From positions 1-64,000 of the IMG/VR virus record IMGVR_UViG_3300003937_000092: DNA of 64,000 nucleotides; one strand, given 5' to 3'. Positions 48,167 to 59,500 of the stretch are shown in pieces. A model generated the notes under the pieces. The model saw only the letters and a list, made by a program, of their open reading frames with translations. It was not told the origin of the DNA and ran no database searches. Source of the DNA: an uncultured virus (IMG/VR IMGVR_UViG_3300003937_000092). Lineage: Duplodnaviria; Heunggongvirae; Uroviricota; Caudoviricetes. Position 1 is the first letter of the stretch, and each line of letters begins with the position of its first letter. The translations under genes were made by a program, and so were the position numbers.

Positions 48167-49566
48167 ACACTGTGGTTGGGCCCAAGCCTGTACCTAAAAT
48201 AAGGCGAAGTATTGGCTCTGTAAAGACTAACGAGTCCAGCATCTTTCATTGAACTGAACATTGTTGAGAGATATCCTGAAAATACTACGTCTTCAGGGTC
48301 TTTTTCTAAGACATTAATTAAGAAATCTCTCTTACTGGCTGGTTCCCCTTCATTTGTTTTTTGAGTTATATAATTTAAAAATTTAATGTAAGCATTATCA
48401 GGATTTCTACTTTCAAAACGGTAATTTGAATGTGAGTTTACAGGGTTCCAAAACTTAAAACCTTCTTGATTACCCACACTTAACTCTTCATGTAATTCTT
48501 CAATAAAGAAATTAAATATATCTCTAATAACTTTATAATTAGTATGTATAGTATTTTGACTTAATAAATGTGCTAAATCATATGGGTCCGATTTAGACTC
48601 AAGATATTCTACCATTTCATATAGAGGTCTCCTATCATAAACATAATTTGGAGTACTGTTTCTTAATTCCCTAAATTCTATTTCCTCATCGTTATCACTT
48701 ACTTTAATCATAATACGTTTTTCACCATACCAACCGACTACAAGTGGTCTCGTACCTTTATCATCACCAATTATATTAACTAACTTATCGTATAAAACAT
48801 ATTTTCTAATTTTACTAAAATTAAACTTATTTTCTCTAATAAGTTTAATTAACATAATCTCTAAACTTTTAGATTCATCAACTTTATGATTTTCTTCAAT
48901 ATCTTTTTCAATCGAATTGAAAGCTGAATTTGTTTTTAAAAAACCTAACAGATTAGAATTAAAATTATCTTTAGCATCAAAAAGTGAGTACCTATCCTCA
49001 GCTACATTATAATGAATGGCGATTTTATAATAATCATTATCTTTATTTAAATTTTTAAATATAAAATAATACAAAGGACCTCTATCATTATAGGCTCTAA
49101 ATGCGTTACCACCAGATGTGGCTGACGTACACCATTTGGTACCCTGACCATAATAACATGATGATTTTTGAGTAAGTGGTTTAACTATTAAAACTTCAGA
49201 GTCCTCATATATCTTTGAGGTGCCCGATTCTACTTTAGTTTTTTCTTCACTTTTTGTGTCACCGTAAACTTCTAACGCATCGATAAGGTCATGAAGGTTT
49301 TTATATTGATTAATATCTTTGTATTGTAAGTTTTTCCTTACTCTATCAAATTTTTCAATCCAATTAATTACACTATCTAAAGAAATAATTGTATTACCAA
49401 AGTCATCAAAATTTCTTTTAAGTACCCAATTTACATATTTATAATTTGTTTTCTTATTGAATTCATGGTCTAAGAACTCCTCTATTGTTTTGCGTAACTC
49501 AGGGTTCTCATCAAAACGATTGAGTATATCTTCTCTTCTACCTTCTATTAAATTTAATAACTTCAT
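48136..49566 (-). CDS. Hypothetical protein with SCYYGxGTKWCT domain
   Basis: KDINQY...SSCYYGQGTKWCTS; MKLLNLIEG leader. Confidence 0.75.
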   Translation of the reverse strand: MKLLNLIEGRREDILNRFDENPELRKTIEEFLDHEFNKKTNYKYVNWVLKRNFDDFGNTIISLDSVINWIEKFDRVRKNLQYKDINQYKNLHDLIDALEVYGDTKSEEKTKVESGTSKIYEDSEVLIVKPLTQKSSCYYGQGTKWCTSATSGGNAFRAYNDRGPLYYFIFKNLNKDNDYYKIAIHYNVAEDRYSLFDAKDNFNSNLLGFLKTNSAFNSIEKDIEENHKVDESKSLEIMLIKLIRENKFNFSKIRKYVLYDKLVNIIGDDKGTRPLVVGWYGEKRIMIKVSDNDEEIEFRELRNSTPNYVYDRRPLYEMVEYLESKSDPYDLAHLLSQNTIHTNYKVIRDIFNFFIEELHEELSVGNQEGFKFWNPVNSHSNYRFESRNPDNAYIKFLNYITQKTNEGEPASKRDFLINVLEKDPEDVVFSGYLSTMFSSMKDAGLVSLYRANTSPYFRYRLGPNHSVWEKGRLKRI

Positions 49567-51185
49567 TATTCTGTTCTAAAAACGTGAAACCAAGTATCAC
49601 CTATCATTACTTCATTATCTAACCCATCGTAACTACTAAGAGAATTACCCACACCATCGCTATCAATTGCTGACTCAAATAACGCATCTTTATCGACATA
49701 GTCACTTATATCTAAACCATAATCGGTCATACTAGCCATCATATCATACATGACATCATTAACTCTACTATTTACCATATCTTCAATTTGTTCCTCTGTC
49801 GGTTCACCTTCAGGGTCAGATTCAATATATGTTATTTCATCATCTATTTCATTCCATCTATCTTCAGCTAATTCTACCTCATCTTCATTATATACGTCAT
49901 CTACATTTCTAGTTATCTCATCTAACTCTTCTGCCTCTTCTTTTAATTTGGCTACTTGAGATTCTTGTTCGTCTGATAGTGGTAATTCGTCTGTATCAAA
50001 ATATGATTCATAATTATTATTTACATCATCTTCAAACATATCATAAAAATAATCTCTAACTTCCTGCTCATCAATATGACTTTCAATAAACGAGCTACTC
50101 CATCCGTCAGCCCCTTGGTCATCCCATAGTCCTTCCATATATTCTTTAGCCGCTTGCCATACTTCATCCCACGTACCAACAGCAAAGGTTATTCCAGTAT
50201 CATCATCACCTACCCATTCAAATGTTGGTAAATCATAATGATTATACTGTGACGGGATTAAATCATATATAGACTCACCTTCTTCTTCTAAAACAGATAC
50301 GCCGTACTCATCAACCATAACTTCAAATACCGCATTAGCCTCCAGCGCTTGTTGGTCAGGTTCGTTTTCTAAATTCCATGAATCCTCTTCTTTTCTTTCA
50401 TCCGCATCAGCCCTTAACTGAGCAATTCTACGTCTTTCAGCCACTCTTCTTAATCTTTCTCTTTCAAGTCTAGCCGCCTCTTTATCTTTAAAGATATTAA
50501 TCTCTCTTTGGTAGTTAGTATTAATGTATTTATCAATCGCGTTTTGAATTTCATCATATTCTGGAGTACCTAATATCCACCCATCTTTAAAAGATTTATC
50601 AGGTGCATCATAGAATGTTTTATCTCCATCATATTTTTGTAATAAAGCCACTTTATAATATTTGTCATTACTTTTTGCTTTTTTATCTAAGATATAGAAA
50701 AGTTTACCATCTACATTGTAGTTATCGAAATGTGAAGAACCATTCATAGAGGCAGTACACCACTTAGTACCAGCACCATAATAACAACTCGCCTTATGTG
50801 TTTGAGGAGTTACAACCGTAAATCGGTCATCTTCATAAACAACATCAGCACCATCAACAGATTTAACTGTACGTCTAACTTTATTCTCATGATTATTAAT
50901 AGCAGTTATTATCTCATCTAAAGTTTTAAATTGATTAATATCTTTTTGTTGTAGAGCTTGTTGGTACTTAATAAATTTCTCAACTACTTTTTCAGCTTTA
51001 CTTAAATTCTCATCAAAATTTTCTGTAGGTATAACTTTACCTAAAAATGTAAGGAATTTTTGATTAGGGGCTAATTGTCTAGATAGGGTAAAAACTTTTT
51101 TAAGTTGTTCGTCAGAAAACTTGTCTCTAAACATTCTTAAAAAATCATCCTTCCTACTTTCTAATAAAACTTGACTAAGATTCAT
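49566..51185 (-). CDS. Paralogous SCYYGxGTKWCT-domain protein with acidic C-terminus
   Basis: KDINQF...ASCYYGAGTKWCTA; MNLSQVLLES leader. Confidence 0.75.
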   Translation of the reverse strand: MNLSQVLLESRKDDFLRMFRDKFSDEQLKKVFTLSRQLAPNQKFLTFLGKVIPTENFDENLSKAEKVVEKFIKYQQALQQKDINQFKTLDEIITAINNHENKVRRTVKSVDGADVVYEDDRFTVVTPQTHKASCYYGAGTKWCTASMNGSSHFDNYNVDGKLFYILDKKAKSNDKYYKVALLQKYDGDKTFYDAPDKSFKDGWILGTPEYDEIQNAIDKYINTNYQREINIFKDKEAARLERERLRRVAERRRIAQLRADADERKEEDSWNLENEPDQQALEANAVFEVMVDEYGVSVLEEEGESIYDLIPSQYNHYDLPTFEWVGDDDTGITFAVGTWDEVWQAAKEYMEGLWDDQGADGWSSSFIESHIDEQEVRDYFYDMFEDDVNNNYESYFDTDELPLSDEQESQVAKLKEEAEELDEITRNVDDVYNEDEVELAEDRWNEIDDEITYIESDPEGEPTEEQIEDMVNSRVNDVMYDMMASMTDYGLDISDYVDKDALFESAIDSDGVGNSLSSYDGLDNEVMIGDTWFHVFRTE

Positions 51186-51287
51186 AATATTGTACTTTTA
51201 TCATAAATATAAATAAAAACCGATTATTACACTAATTCATGGTTACTTATATTTATTATTATAAACTTTACTAAAAAAATATCAACT

Positions 51288-51419
51288 ATGGGATGCGGAT
51301 GTAAAAACAAAAACAAAAACCAAACAAAACAAAGTTCACAAACTGTTAAAAGTACAAACACTCAAACTGTTAAAGAAGCCATCAAAAAGACGGTTGAAAA
51401 GTATTACGATAAGAAGTAA
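51288..51419 (+). CDS. 43-aa basic MGCGCK peptide (not in ORF track)
   Basis: MGCGCKNKNKNQTKQSSQTVKSTNTQTVKEAIKKTVEKYYDKK; own ATATTTAT and terminator. Confidence 0.7.
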   Translation: MGCGCKNKNKNQTKQSSQTVKSTNTQTVKEAIKKTVEKYYDKK

Positions 51420-51447
51420 TTAAACAAAATAAGGGATTGGGGTAAAT

Positions 51448-51474
51448 AGGTGAGGTAAAACTCACCTTTTTTTA
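51448..51474 (+). terminator. Intrinsic terminator
   Basis: aggtgag-gtaaaa-ctcacct-T-tract. Confidence 0.75.
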
Positions 51475-51497
51475 TATTTATATGTAAATAACGTGTT

Positions 51498-52553
51498 ATG
51501 AAAGAAAAAATTATCAATATACTATCGGGAGGTTCAGGTGAGGTTGAAGACTTTATCAACCGTTATCTCAATGGAGATAAGGATAGTTTTTTTGATTTGT
51601 TAGAAAGGTTTGGGTTACTTCAAAACTCCGACACATACGAAAGTGTTATTGAAATGTTTCCAATGACTTATCTAAGAAAGAGTTATATTGATGACCGTAA
51701 AAAAACTATCGATAACATTGTTTCCACTTATAGTGATATAACTAAGAAAGGTGATAAATATTTTTTAACTCTTGGTGAAAGGTCAGACTTAAGTATTTTT
51801 TTTAAATCAGATGACGGTAATCGTGAAATGTCATCATCGGAAATGGTTAAAAATATTTTAGGTGAAGATGATTGGTTCGAACCATTTAGCGATGTTACTC
51901 AAAATTTGTATACCGATGTTATTGAAGAGTTAAATGAAAAAAATAAATTCTTACTTGCCAAATCAATATCTGAAGAATTATCAGGAACTCAAATTTCACC
52001 CGAAACTGAGTTATTAGAAAATATGGCTAAAGACCAAGGTCACCCCGATTATGTTGATGTTAAAGACCCTATGTTAGTAATGGATATTTTAGAAGAAGAT
52101 GAAACATCTACTAAAGTTTTATTAGATGAAGCTTCTGAAGTTTCAAGTAATTTATATTCACTTCACCATAACTCATATAATACAGCATATACCGATGAAA
52201 AGTATAATGAAATAATGAGTGAAGTTAGAAGTTTATTGGAGATAGATAATAGTGGTGATTGGGAATCTAAGACCATAAAGAATAGTAAAGGTGAGGAGAA
52301 AACTATATATAACTACATCATTGAAGTTACCAAATTCATACCTTTTTTATTTAGTTCAATTTTTAATGATGACTATCAATTAGATGATTATAGAAATGCA
52401 TTTGACTATTATGGTGACTTTGAAGACCTCACTAAAGAAATGATTACTGAGGAAGTAATTGAAGGTGCATCAATGAGTAGAAGTTATTATGATTATGCCG
52501 ACCATACTTTAGTTAAAAAGTATTTAAATGATATGATTATTGATTACGTTTAA
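51498..52553 (+). CDS. Hypothetical acidic protein
   Basis: 351-aa ORF; ATATTTAT upstream. Confidence 0.7.
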   Translation: MKEKIINILSGGSGEVEDFINRYLNGDKDSFFDLLERFGLLQNSDTYESVIEMFPMTYLRKSYIDDRKKTIDNIVSTYSDITKKGDKYFLTLGERSDLSIFFKSDDGNREMSSSEMVKNILGEDDWFEPFSDVTQNLYTDVIEELNEKNKFLLAKSISEELSGTQISPETELLENMAKDQGHPDYVDVKDPMLVMDILEEDETSTKVLLDEASEVSSNLYSLHHNSYNTAYTDEKYNEIMSEVRSLLEIDNSGDWESKTIKNSKGEEKTIYNYIIEVTKFIPFLFSSIFNDDYQLDDYRNAFDYYGDFEDLTKEMITEEVIEGASMSRSYYDYADHTLVKKYLNDMIIDYV

Positions 52554-55500
52554 ACTTTCCCTCTAACTCAGTTAGTTCACCATCTTTATCCTTTAAGATT
52601 AATTCTTGTTCCTTAATTGCTTCAAATAATACTGAGATTAATTGTTCATAACTAACTTTATAACCTCTTTCTTCTGAACCACCAATTAATTCAGGTAAAA
52701 CTTCTTTTACCTCTTGAGCAATAACTCCAATATCTTTTCTACCACCATCAAGTAAAACGGTACCATCGAGATTTTCTTCTTTCCATATAAATTCAACACC
52801 ACGTAGATTTAAAACTTTCTGTAAAGGTGTATCAATTTTTTTAATATTTTCCTTTAATCTTTTATCGGAAAAAGAACCCGCCGGACCTTGGGCTCCTGCC
52901 GGTCCTTGAGTTCCTTGAATACCTTGTGAGCCTTGACTTGAAGTTCGTCCTTTTAAACCTTTTTCTCCGGTTCTACCTTTAATCCCTTTAAGTCCTTTTG
53001 GTCCTTTTTGTCCTGCTGGCCCTGTTGGTCCGCCAGAACCTGTAGGTCCTTTTGGACCTTGCGGACCTTGTGGTCCATCTTTACCAAGTACACCTTTTGG
53101 ACCTTTAGGTCCTTTATAACCTTTATGTCCTTTTAGGCCTTTTGGTCCTTTAGCTCCTTTAGGACCTTTAGGTCCTTTAAGACCTTTTTCAGTACTTGCC
53201 GGTCCTTGTGGTCCTGTATCACCTACGTCTCCTGACCCTTGAGATAATCTTGGTCCTTTTAAACCTTGGGGTCCTTGCGGTCCTCTAGGACCTTTGTAAC
53301 CTTTTGGACCTTTAAATCCTTTTTCCCCTGTATTCCCCTTATGACCTTTAGGTCCTTTGGGTCCTTGTCCACCTTTGAACCCTTTAGGTCCTTTTGGTCC
53401 TTGACTACCTACATTTCCTCTTGGTCCCTTTTCTGAACTTGCCGGACCTTCTTTACCTGTCGGACCTGTCGCCCCTCCAGAGGCTTTGGGTCCTTGTGGA
53501 CCTGTAGGCCCTTGCGGTCCTCGTGGTCCTTGGGGTCCTCGTGGTCCTGGCTCATTACCATCAGCACCTACAGCCCCTTTAGGTCCTTGTGGACCTTGTC
53601 CAGGTTGATAACCTGTAGGTCCTTGTGGACCTTGTCCACCTCTCGGACCTTTAATACCTTTATTACCTTTATCCGTACTTGCCGGACCTTGTGGTCCTGT
53701 AGGTCCATTAAGACCTTGACTAGCTTTAGGTCCTTGTGGTCCTTGTGAACCCTGAGGCCCTCTTGGACCCTTATTACCTTCTGGTCCCCTAACAGAACTT
53801 GCCGGTCCTTGTGGACCTTGTTGACCCGTTGCCGCTCTCGGCCCTTTGTAACCCTTAATACCTTTATCTGATGTTTGTGATTTAAGACCACCTTTTAAAC
53901 CTTTATTACCTTTATCAGTACTTGATGGACCTGTCGGTCCTTGTGGACCTGTATCACCACCAGAACCTTGTGTTGCCTTAGGCCCTTGTGGTCCTAAATC
54001 ACCTTTAATACCTTTATTACCTTGTGGACCTCTATCTGTACTTGCCGGACCTTGTGGTCCTGTAGGTCCATTAGTACCTTGACTAGCTTTAGAACCTTGT
54101 GGTCCTTGCGAGCCTTGGCTTTGTCGTGGACCTATAGCTCCTTTTGGTCCTGCAGTATTACCTGCCGGTCCTTTGGGTCCTGTTGGTCCTTGAATACCTG
54201 TACCTGACGCACTACCTTGGGGACCTCGGTTACCATCATTACCTTGTGGTCCTTTTGGTCCTATTGGACCTCTATCAGTACTTGCAGGTCCTTTTGGTCC
54301 TGTAGGACCTGTTGCCCCATTAGATGCTTTAGGTCCTTGTGACCCTTGTGTACCTCTCCCTGTCTGTAAACCTTTTGGTCCTTTATAACCTTTTAAACCT
54401 TTATCTGTTGAAGATGGTCCCTTATCACCTTGTGTGGTATTTTTAGTACCTTTTGGTCCTGTAGGACCGGTGGGGCCATTTGGTCCTTTAGTACCTTTAT
54501 AACCTTTTTGCCCTTTAATACCTTTATCAGTACTTGATGGACCTGTCGGTCCTTGTCCACCGGTAGTTCCCTTTGGTCCTGTCGGACCTTGAGGTCCTTG
54601 TCCACCTTGATTACCTCTAGGACCTTTTGGTCCTTGTGTTCCTTTATCAGTATTAGTTGGACCTGTTGGTCCTTGTGGACCTTTAAGTCCTTTATCGGCA
54701 TTATTAGGTCCTGTTGGTCCGTTGGGTCCTGTTGGTCCCGTTATACTATTTCCAATAGTTCCTCTCGGTCCATCTGTACCTTTCGGTCCTTTGATACCTT
54801 TGATACCTTTATTACCTTTATTTGTGGACGTACCACTCGGACCTTTTTCAGCTGTTGGACCTGTTGGTCCTTGTGTTCCTCTCGCCCCTTTAGGTGAAGT
54901 ACCAATTGTACCTCTCGGTCCTTGAAAACCTTTAGGTCCCTTATCACCTGTAGGTCCTTGTAGTCCTTTATCTGTATTTGTTGGTCCAATATCTCCACCA
55001 ACGGCAACATCACCTATAAGTCCCTTTTCATTATTACCTTGAGGTCCCTGAGGCCCTTGTGGTCCTCTTAACCCTTTAGTACCTTCTGGTCCTTTTAAAC
55101 CTTTGTCAGAACTTGCAGGTCCAATTGGTCCTTGTGGACCTGTAGGTCCTTGTGACCCTGAACTAGTTGATGATTGTGGTCCGATTAATCCTTTAATACC
55201 TTTGATACCAATTAATCCCTTTAACCCTTTCGTACCTTTATCAGTACTTGCCGGTCCTTGAGGTCCGTTATCTCCACCAGAACCTGTAGGTCCTTTTAGT
55301 GAATCACCCTGCAACCCTCTATCTCCATCAAATCCTTTTGGTCCTGTCGGTCCTTGTGGACCTATTGGTCCTTTAACGGCTGCTGGTCCACCTGGACCTG
55401 TTGGACCTTGTGGTCCGATAAATCCTTTTTCACCTTGTGTACCTATTACACCTCTACCTTGTTTAGGTCCTTTAATACCCTTGATACCTTTAATACCCTT

Positions 55501-56508
55501 GATACCTTTATCACCTTTGTCTGTAGATTGTGGACCTCTTGGTCCTAAATCACCATCAGGTCCTTGTACACCTACAATACCATCAGGACCTTGCGGACCT
55601 TGTGGTCCTGTAAGACCTTTTATACCTTTGTTACCAATAGGTCCTTTATCAGCGGTAGGTCCTGTTGGTCCTTGTGGTCCATTATCCCCATCTGTCGACC
55701 TAACACCTTTATCACCTTGTGGACCTTGATTTCCAAGAATACCTTTTTGTCCCTTTACACCTTTTATACCTTTTGGTCCTTTTTGACCTTTATCTGATGA
55801 TGTCGGCCCTTTTAAACCTGTTGGCCCTTGAGGTGAATCACCACCTATACTACCTTTTGGTCCTTGTTCAGGTTTTAGACCCTTATTTCCTTTAACACCT
55901 TTAAGACCTGTCGGACCTTTAGTTCCTTTATCTGAAGATGTTAACCCTTTTAGACCTGTTGGTCCTTTAAGACCTTTTGTTGAGTCTGACGGCTTTAACC
56001 CTTTTAACCCTTTAGGTCCAACAATACCTTTCTCACCTTGTGGTCCTCGGTTACCTTTATCCCCTTTGACTGAAAGCTCACCTTTGATTCCTTTTTCTCC
56101 GTCAGAACCAATACCACCTTTGATACCGAAGTCACCTTTATCACCTGTAGGTCCAACGATTCCCTGAATACCTTTATTACCTTTTAAACCTTTATCACCG
56201 TCAACACCTTGTAGTCCTTTGAGACCTTTTTGACCTTTAAGACCTTCTGTCTGCCCAACCCAATGACCTCCAGAGTCAACTACCATCATACTACCAACAT
56301 AAAGTTCACTATTAATAACATTAACCTCACCTGGTAATGATAATGGAGTAGCACTATCAGATATTTTAAAAATATTTGTAGAAGACTTAAATACTAAATC
56401 ACCTGTAGTATCTATTTCAATAGTATAATCAACACCTGTACCACTAAAAATTATATGTGGATTGGTGTTTAATGTACTTCCCGTAGGATATATTATAATA
56501 TTAGCCAT
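52537..56508 (-). CDS. Collagen-like tail fibre with C-terminal S74 intramolecular chaperone
   Basis: >1000 aa of interrupted Gly-[11 protein letters not shown]...IGVIAQEV. Confidence 0.9.
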   Translation of the reverse strand: MANIIIYPTGSTLNTNPHIIFSGTGVDYTIEIDTTGDLVFKSSTNIFKISDSATPLSLPGEVNVINSELYVGSMMVVDSGGHWVGQTEGLKGQKGLKGLQGVDGDKGLKGNKGIQGIVGPTGDKGDFGIKGGIGSDGEKGIKGELSVKGDKGNRGPQGEKGIVGPKGLKGLKPSDSTKGLKGPTGLKGLTSSDKGTKGPTGLKGVKGNKGLKPEQGPKGSIGGDSPQGPTGLKGPTSSDKGQKGPKGIKGVKGQKGILGNQGPQGDKGVRSTDGDNGPQGPTGPTADKGPIGNKGIKGLTGPQGPQGPDGIVGVQGPDGDLGPRGPQSTDKGDKGIKGIKGIKGIKGPKQGRGVIGTQGEKGFIGPQGPTGPGGPAAVKGPIGPQGPTGPKGFDGDRGLQGDSLKGPTGSGGDNGPQGPASTDKGTKGLKGLIGIKGIKGLIGPQSSTSSGSQGPTGPQGPIGPASSDKGLKGPEGTKGLRGPQGPQGPQGNNEKGLIGDVAVGGDIGPTNTDKGLQGPTGDKGPKGFQGPRGTIGTSPKGARGTQGPTGPTAEKGPSGTSTNKGNKGIKGIKGPKGTDGPRGTIGNSITGPTGPNGPTGPNNADKGLKGPQGPTGPTNTDKGTQGPKGPRGNQGGQGPQGPTGPKGTTGGQGPTGPSSTDKGIKGQKGYKGTKGPNGPTGPTGPKGTKNTTQGDKGPSSTDKGLKGYKGPKGLQTGRGTQGSQGPKASNGATGPTGPKGPASTDRGPIGPKGPQGNDGNRGPQGSASGTGIQGPTGPKGPAGNTAGPKGAIGPRQSQGSQGPQGSKASQGTNGPTGPQGPASTDRGPQGNKGIKGDLGPQGPKATQGSGGDTGPQGPTGPSSTDKGNKGLKGGLKSQTSDKGIKGYKGPRAATGQQGPQGPASSVRGPEGNKGPRGPQGSQGPQGPKASQGLNGPTGPQGPASTDKGNKGIKGPRGGQGPQGPTGYQPGQGPQGPKGAVGADGNEPGPRGPQGPRGPQGPTGPQGPKASGGATGPTGKEGPASSEKGPRGNVGSQGPKGPKGFKGGQGPKGPKGHKGNTGEKGFKGPKGYKGPRGPQGPQGLKGPRLSQGSGDVGDTGPQGPASTEKGLKGPKGPKGAKGPKGLKGHKGYKGPKGPKGVLGKDGPQGPQGPKGPTGSGGPTGPAGQKGPKGLKGIKGRTGEKGLKGRTSSQGSQGIQGTQGPAGAQGPAGSFSDKRLKENIKKIDTPLQKVLNLRGVEFIWKEENLDGTVLLDGGRKDIGVIAQEVKEVLPELIGGSEERGYKVSYEQLISVLFEAIKEQELILKDKDGELTELEGKFKRNQ

Positions 56509-59500
56509 TAATCTATTTGTGTTCTTAACCAGTTTATTTGTTCCTCTATGTCTTCAATAAATACTTGTTGACTTTTAATCGCTTCAATAATTAATGCATT
56601 TAATTTATAATACTTAATAGCTAAATAACCATCATCCCTTCTATAAACTACTTCAGGATATAATAAGTTTATTTCTTGTGCTATCATACCAATTGAATGT
56701 AATTTTTGTCTTTCCTTTAAGAAGTCATATCCTGTATAATTTTCATTCCAATCATATTCCGTAACATTAATTTTTAGTAACTTATTCAAAGAGTCACTTA
56801 ATGTTTTAGTACCATGTTTAAGTCTACTATCAGAAGCCCTACAATCGGCACAAGCATATATTTCACAAGCATTTACTACTGATTTAGGTGGTGGTGTAAT
56901 TACCCATGAAAATAAAACTCCACCTAAGTTGACCGCGTCCCATATAGTTATAAAATCTGTAGATAGATTTCTCATACATGGTAATCCCTCAAATTCTCTA
57001 CAATCTTTACAATCTGGGTCAGTATAGAGGATATCACCCTGAGCTAATGGTTGTATATCACCTTTATATACAGTCAAATTTACCTTATCTCCACATGGGC
57101 TACTTCTACCATTACAATACGCACAATCTTCACCTGCTCTTACCGCAATGTCATGAGCGAAACAAAACGCACCACCTGTGGGTCCTTTTATACCTTTATT
57201 ACCTTTTAAACCTTTTGGTCCTGTTGGTCCAGATAACGCTGCTGGTCCATCTGACCCTTGTGGGCCTCTTGGTCCTTGTGGACCTTGAAGACCTTGTGGA
57301 CCACTACCACCTTGTCGACCTTTATACCCTTTAGGTCCTTTATAACCTTTATAACCTTTTGGTCCTGTTGGTCCTTGTGGTCCGGGATTTCCAGCGATAC
57401 CTGTTTGACCCTTATCTGTAGAAGCATTACCTCTCGGACCTTGTGGTCCTCTTGGTCCTGTTTTAGATGATTGTGACCCTTTCGACCCTTGAGGTCCTCT
57501 TGGGCCCTTGTAACCTTTAATTCCTTTATGTCCTTTTAAACCTTTTGGTCCTAATGGTCCTATTGGTCCTGTCGGTCCTTGAGATGTGCTTTGGGTACCT
57601 ATTAGTCCTCTACCACCTTGTGGACCTCTACCACCTTGTGGACCTTTTGGTCCTTTTGGTCCTTTAGTTGTATTAGTTGTTCCTTGTGGACCACGAGTAC
57701 CTTTATCACTATTTGCTGGCCCTGTAGGTCCTAACTGACCCTTTAAACCTTTCTCACCTGTAATACCTTTTAGTCCTTTGAAAGCGGCTGGACCTCCAAT
57801 ACCTACAGCACCTTTTGGTCCTTTTGAAGTACTTTGAGGACCTGTCGGTCCTTGTGGACCTTTTGGTCCTTTTAGTCCTGTTGGACCTGTATCACCATTT
57901 TGAGCGGTCGGTCCATTTGGCCCTCTTTCTCCTTTATAACCTTTAACTGAACTACCAGTTCCTTGTGGTCCTAAAGGTCCTTTATACCCTTTATGTCCTT
58001 TTAACCCTTTTAACCCTTTGAATGCTGCGGGTCCACCTGCACCTGTTGGACCTGTTGGACCACTTTGTGTTCCTTGATTTCCTGTCGGTCCTTTAGGTCC
58101 TATTAAACCTTTTGTACCTTTTAATCCTTTGAATGCTGTCGGTCCTGTCTGTCCTTGAGGACCTCGTGGTCCTTTATCACCAGCAACACCTGTTGTCGCT
58201 CCTTGTGGTCCTAAAGGTCCCTTATATCCTTTAGGTCCTTTAGTCCCTTTTTTACCTTTAATACCTTTAAATGCTGCCGGACCTGTTGGACCTTGTGGTC
58301 CTCCATCGGCAGTTGATGGTCCTTGTGGTCCCTTAGGTCCTTTATACCCTTTATGTCCTTTTAACCCTTTTAACCCTTTGAATGCTGTCGGTCCATTATC
58401 CCCTGTTGGACCTTGAGGTCCACCATCTCCTGTCGCTGAACCTATTGGACCTTTTGGTCCATAAGCCCCTTTAATACCTTTTTGACCTTTAAGTCCTTTA
58501 TAGGCTGTTGGTCCATTATCTCCTCCAGGTCCTGTAGGTCCTTGAGATGTACTTTGTGTTCCTTTCGGCCCTTTAGGTCCTTTAGGTCCTTTATAACCTT
58601 TTATTCCTTTTAGTCCTTTAAATGCTGCCGGACCTGTTGGACCTTGTGGTCCTTGTTCTCCACCAGTACCTGTTGTTGTTCCTCTTCCACCCTGTGGTCC
58701 TCTTGGTCCCTTAATACCTATTAATCCTTTACTACCTTTTACTCCATCAGTTGCTCTTAATCCTTTGAGACCTTTTTGACCCTTAAGACCTTTAACTGTT
58801 GAAGTAGTACCTCTACTACCATCTGGACCTTTATAACCTTTTTGACCTTTTATACCTTTATCACCATCAGTGGCTCTAAAACCTTTTTGACCTTTAATTC
58901 CTTTGTCACCTGCAGATACACTTATTAAACCTTTATCACCAGTAACACCTTTTAACCCTTTTAAACCTTTAGGTCCTTTATTACCTTGTGGTCCTTTATA
59001 ACCTTTTTGACCTTTGATACCTTTATAACCCTTTTGCCCTTTGATACTTTCAGGACCTTGTGGGCCCGCATCACCTTGACTGGCTTTAAGTCCTTTATTT
59101 CCTTGAGGCCCTATTAAACCTTTTAACCCTTTAAAACCTTTATTACCTTTTAATCCTTTAAGTCCTTTATTACCTTGGTCCGCCACTGGTCCCGTTGGTC
59201 CTTGTGGTCCTCCATCACCTTGACTCGCGATTAAACCTTTAGGTCCTTTAGGTCCCTTAACACCTTTCTTACCTTTTAATCCTTTATAACCTTTATTACC
59301 TTTATCTCCCTGTGGTCCTCTTTGACCCTTTTCCCCTGTAGGTCCTAACTCATTACCTTGGCTTGTTGGCCCTTGAGGTCCTTTTGTCCCATCAATACCC
59401 TTTTTACCTTTTAACCCTTTTAATCCTTTAAGTCCTTTAAGACCTTTATCCGCTCCCTCACCATCTTGTGAAACTGGACCTTGAGCTCCTTGGTCAGCAA

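Noticed and set aside
2909..51210. TATAAATA as T4-type late promoters
   Set aside because: It consistently lies on the non-coding strand of the adjacent gene; the coding-strand motif is TATTTAT
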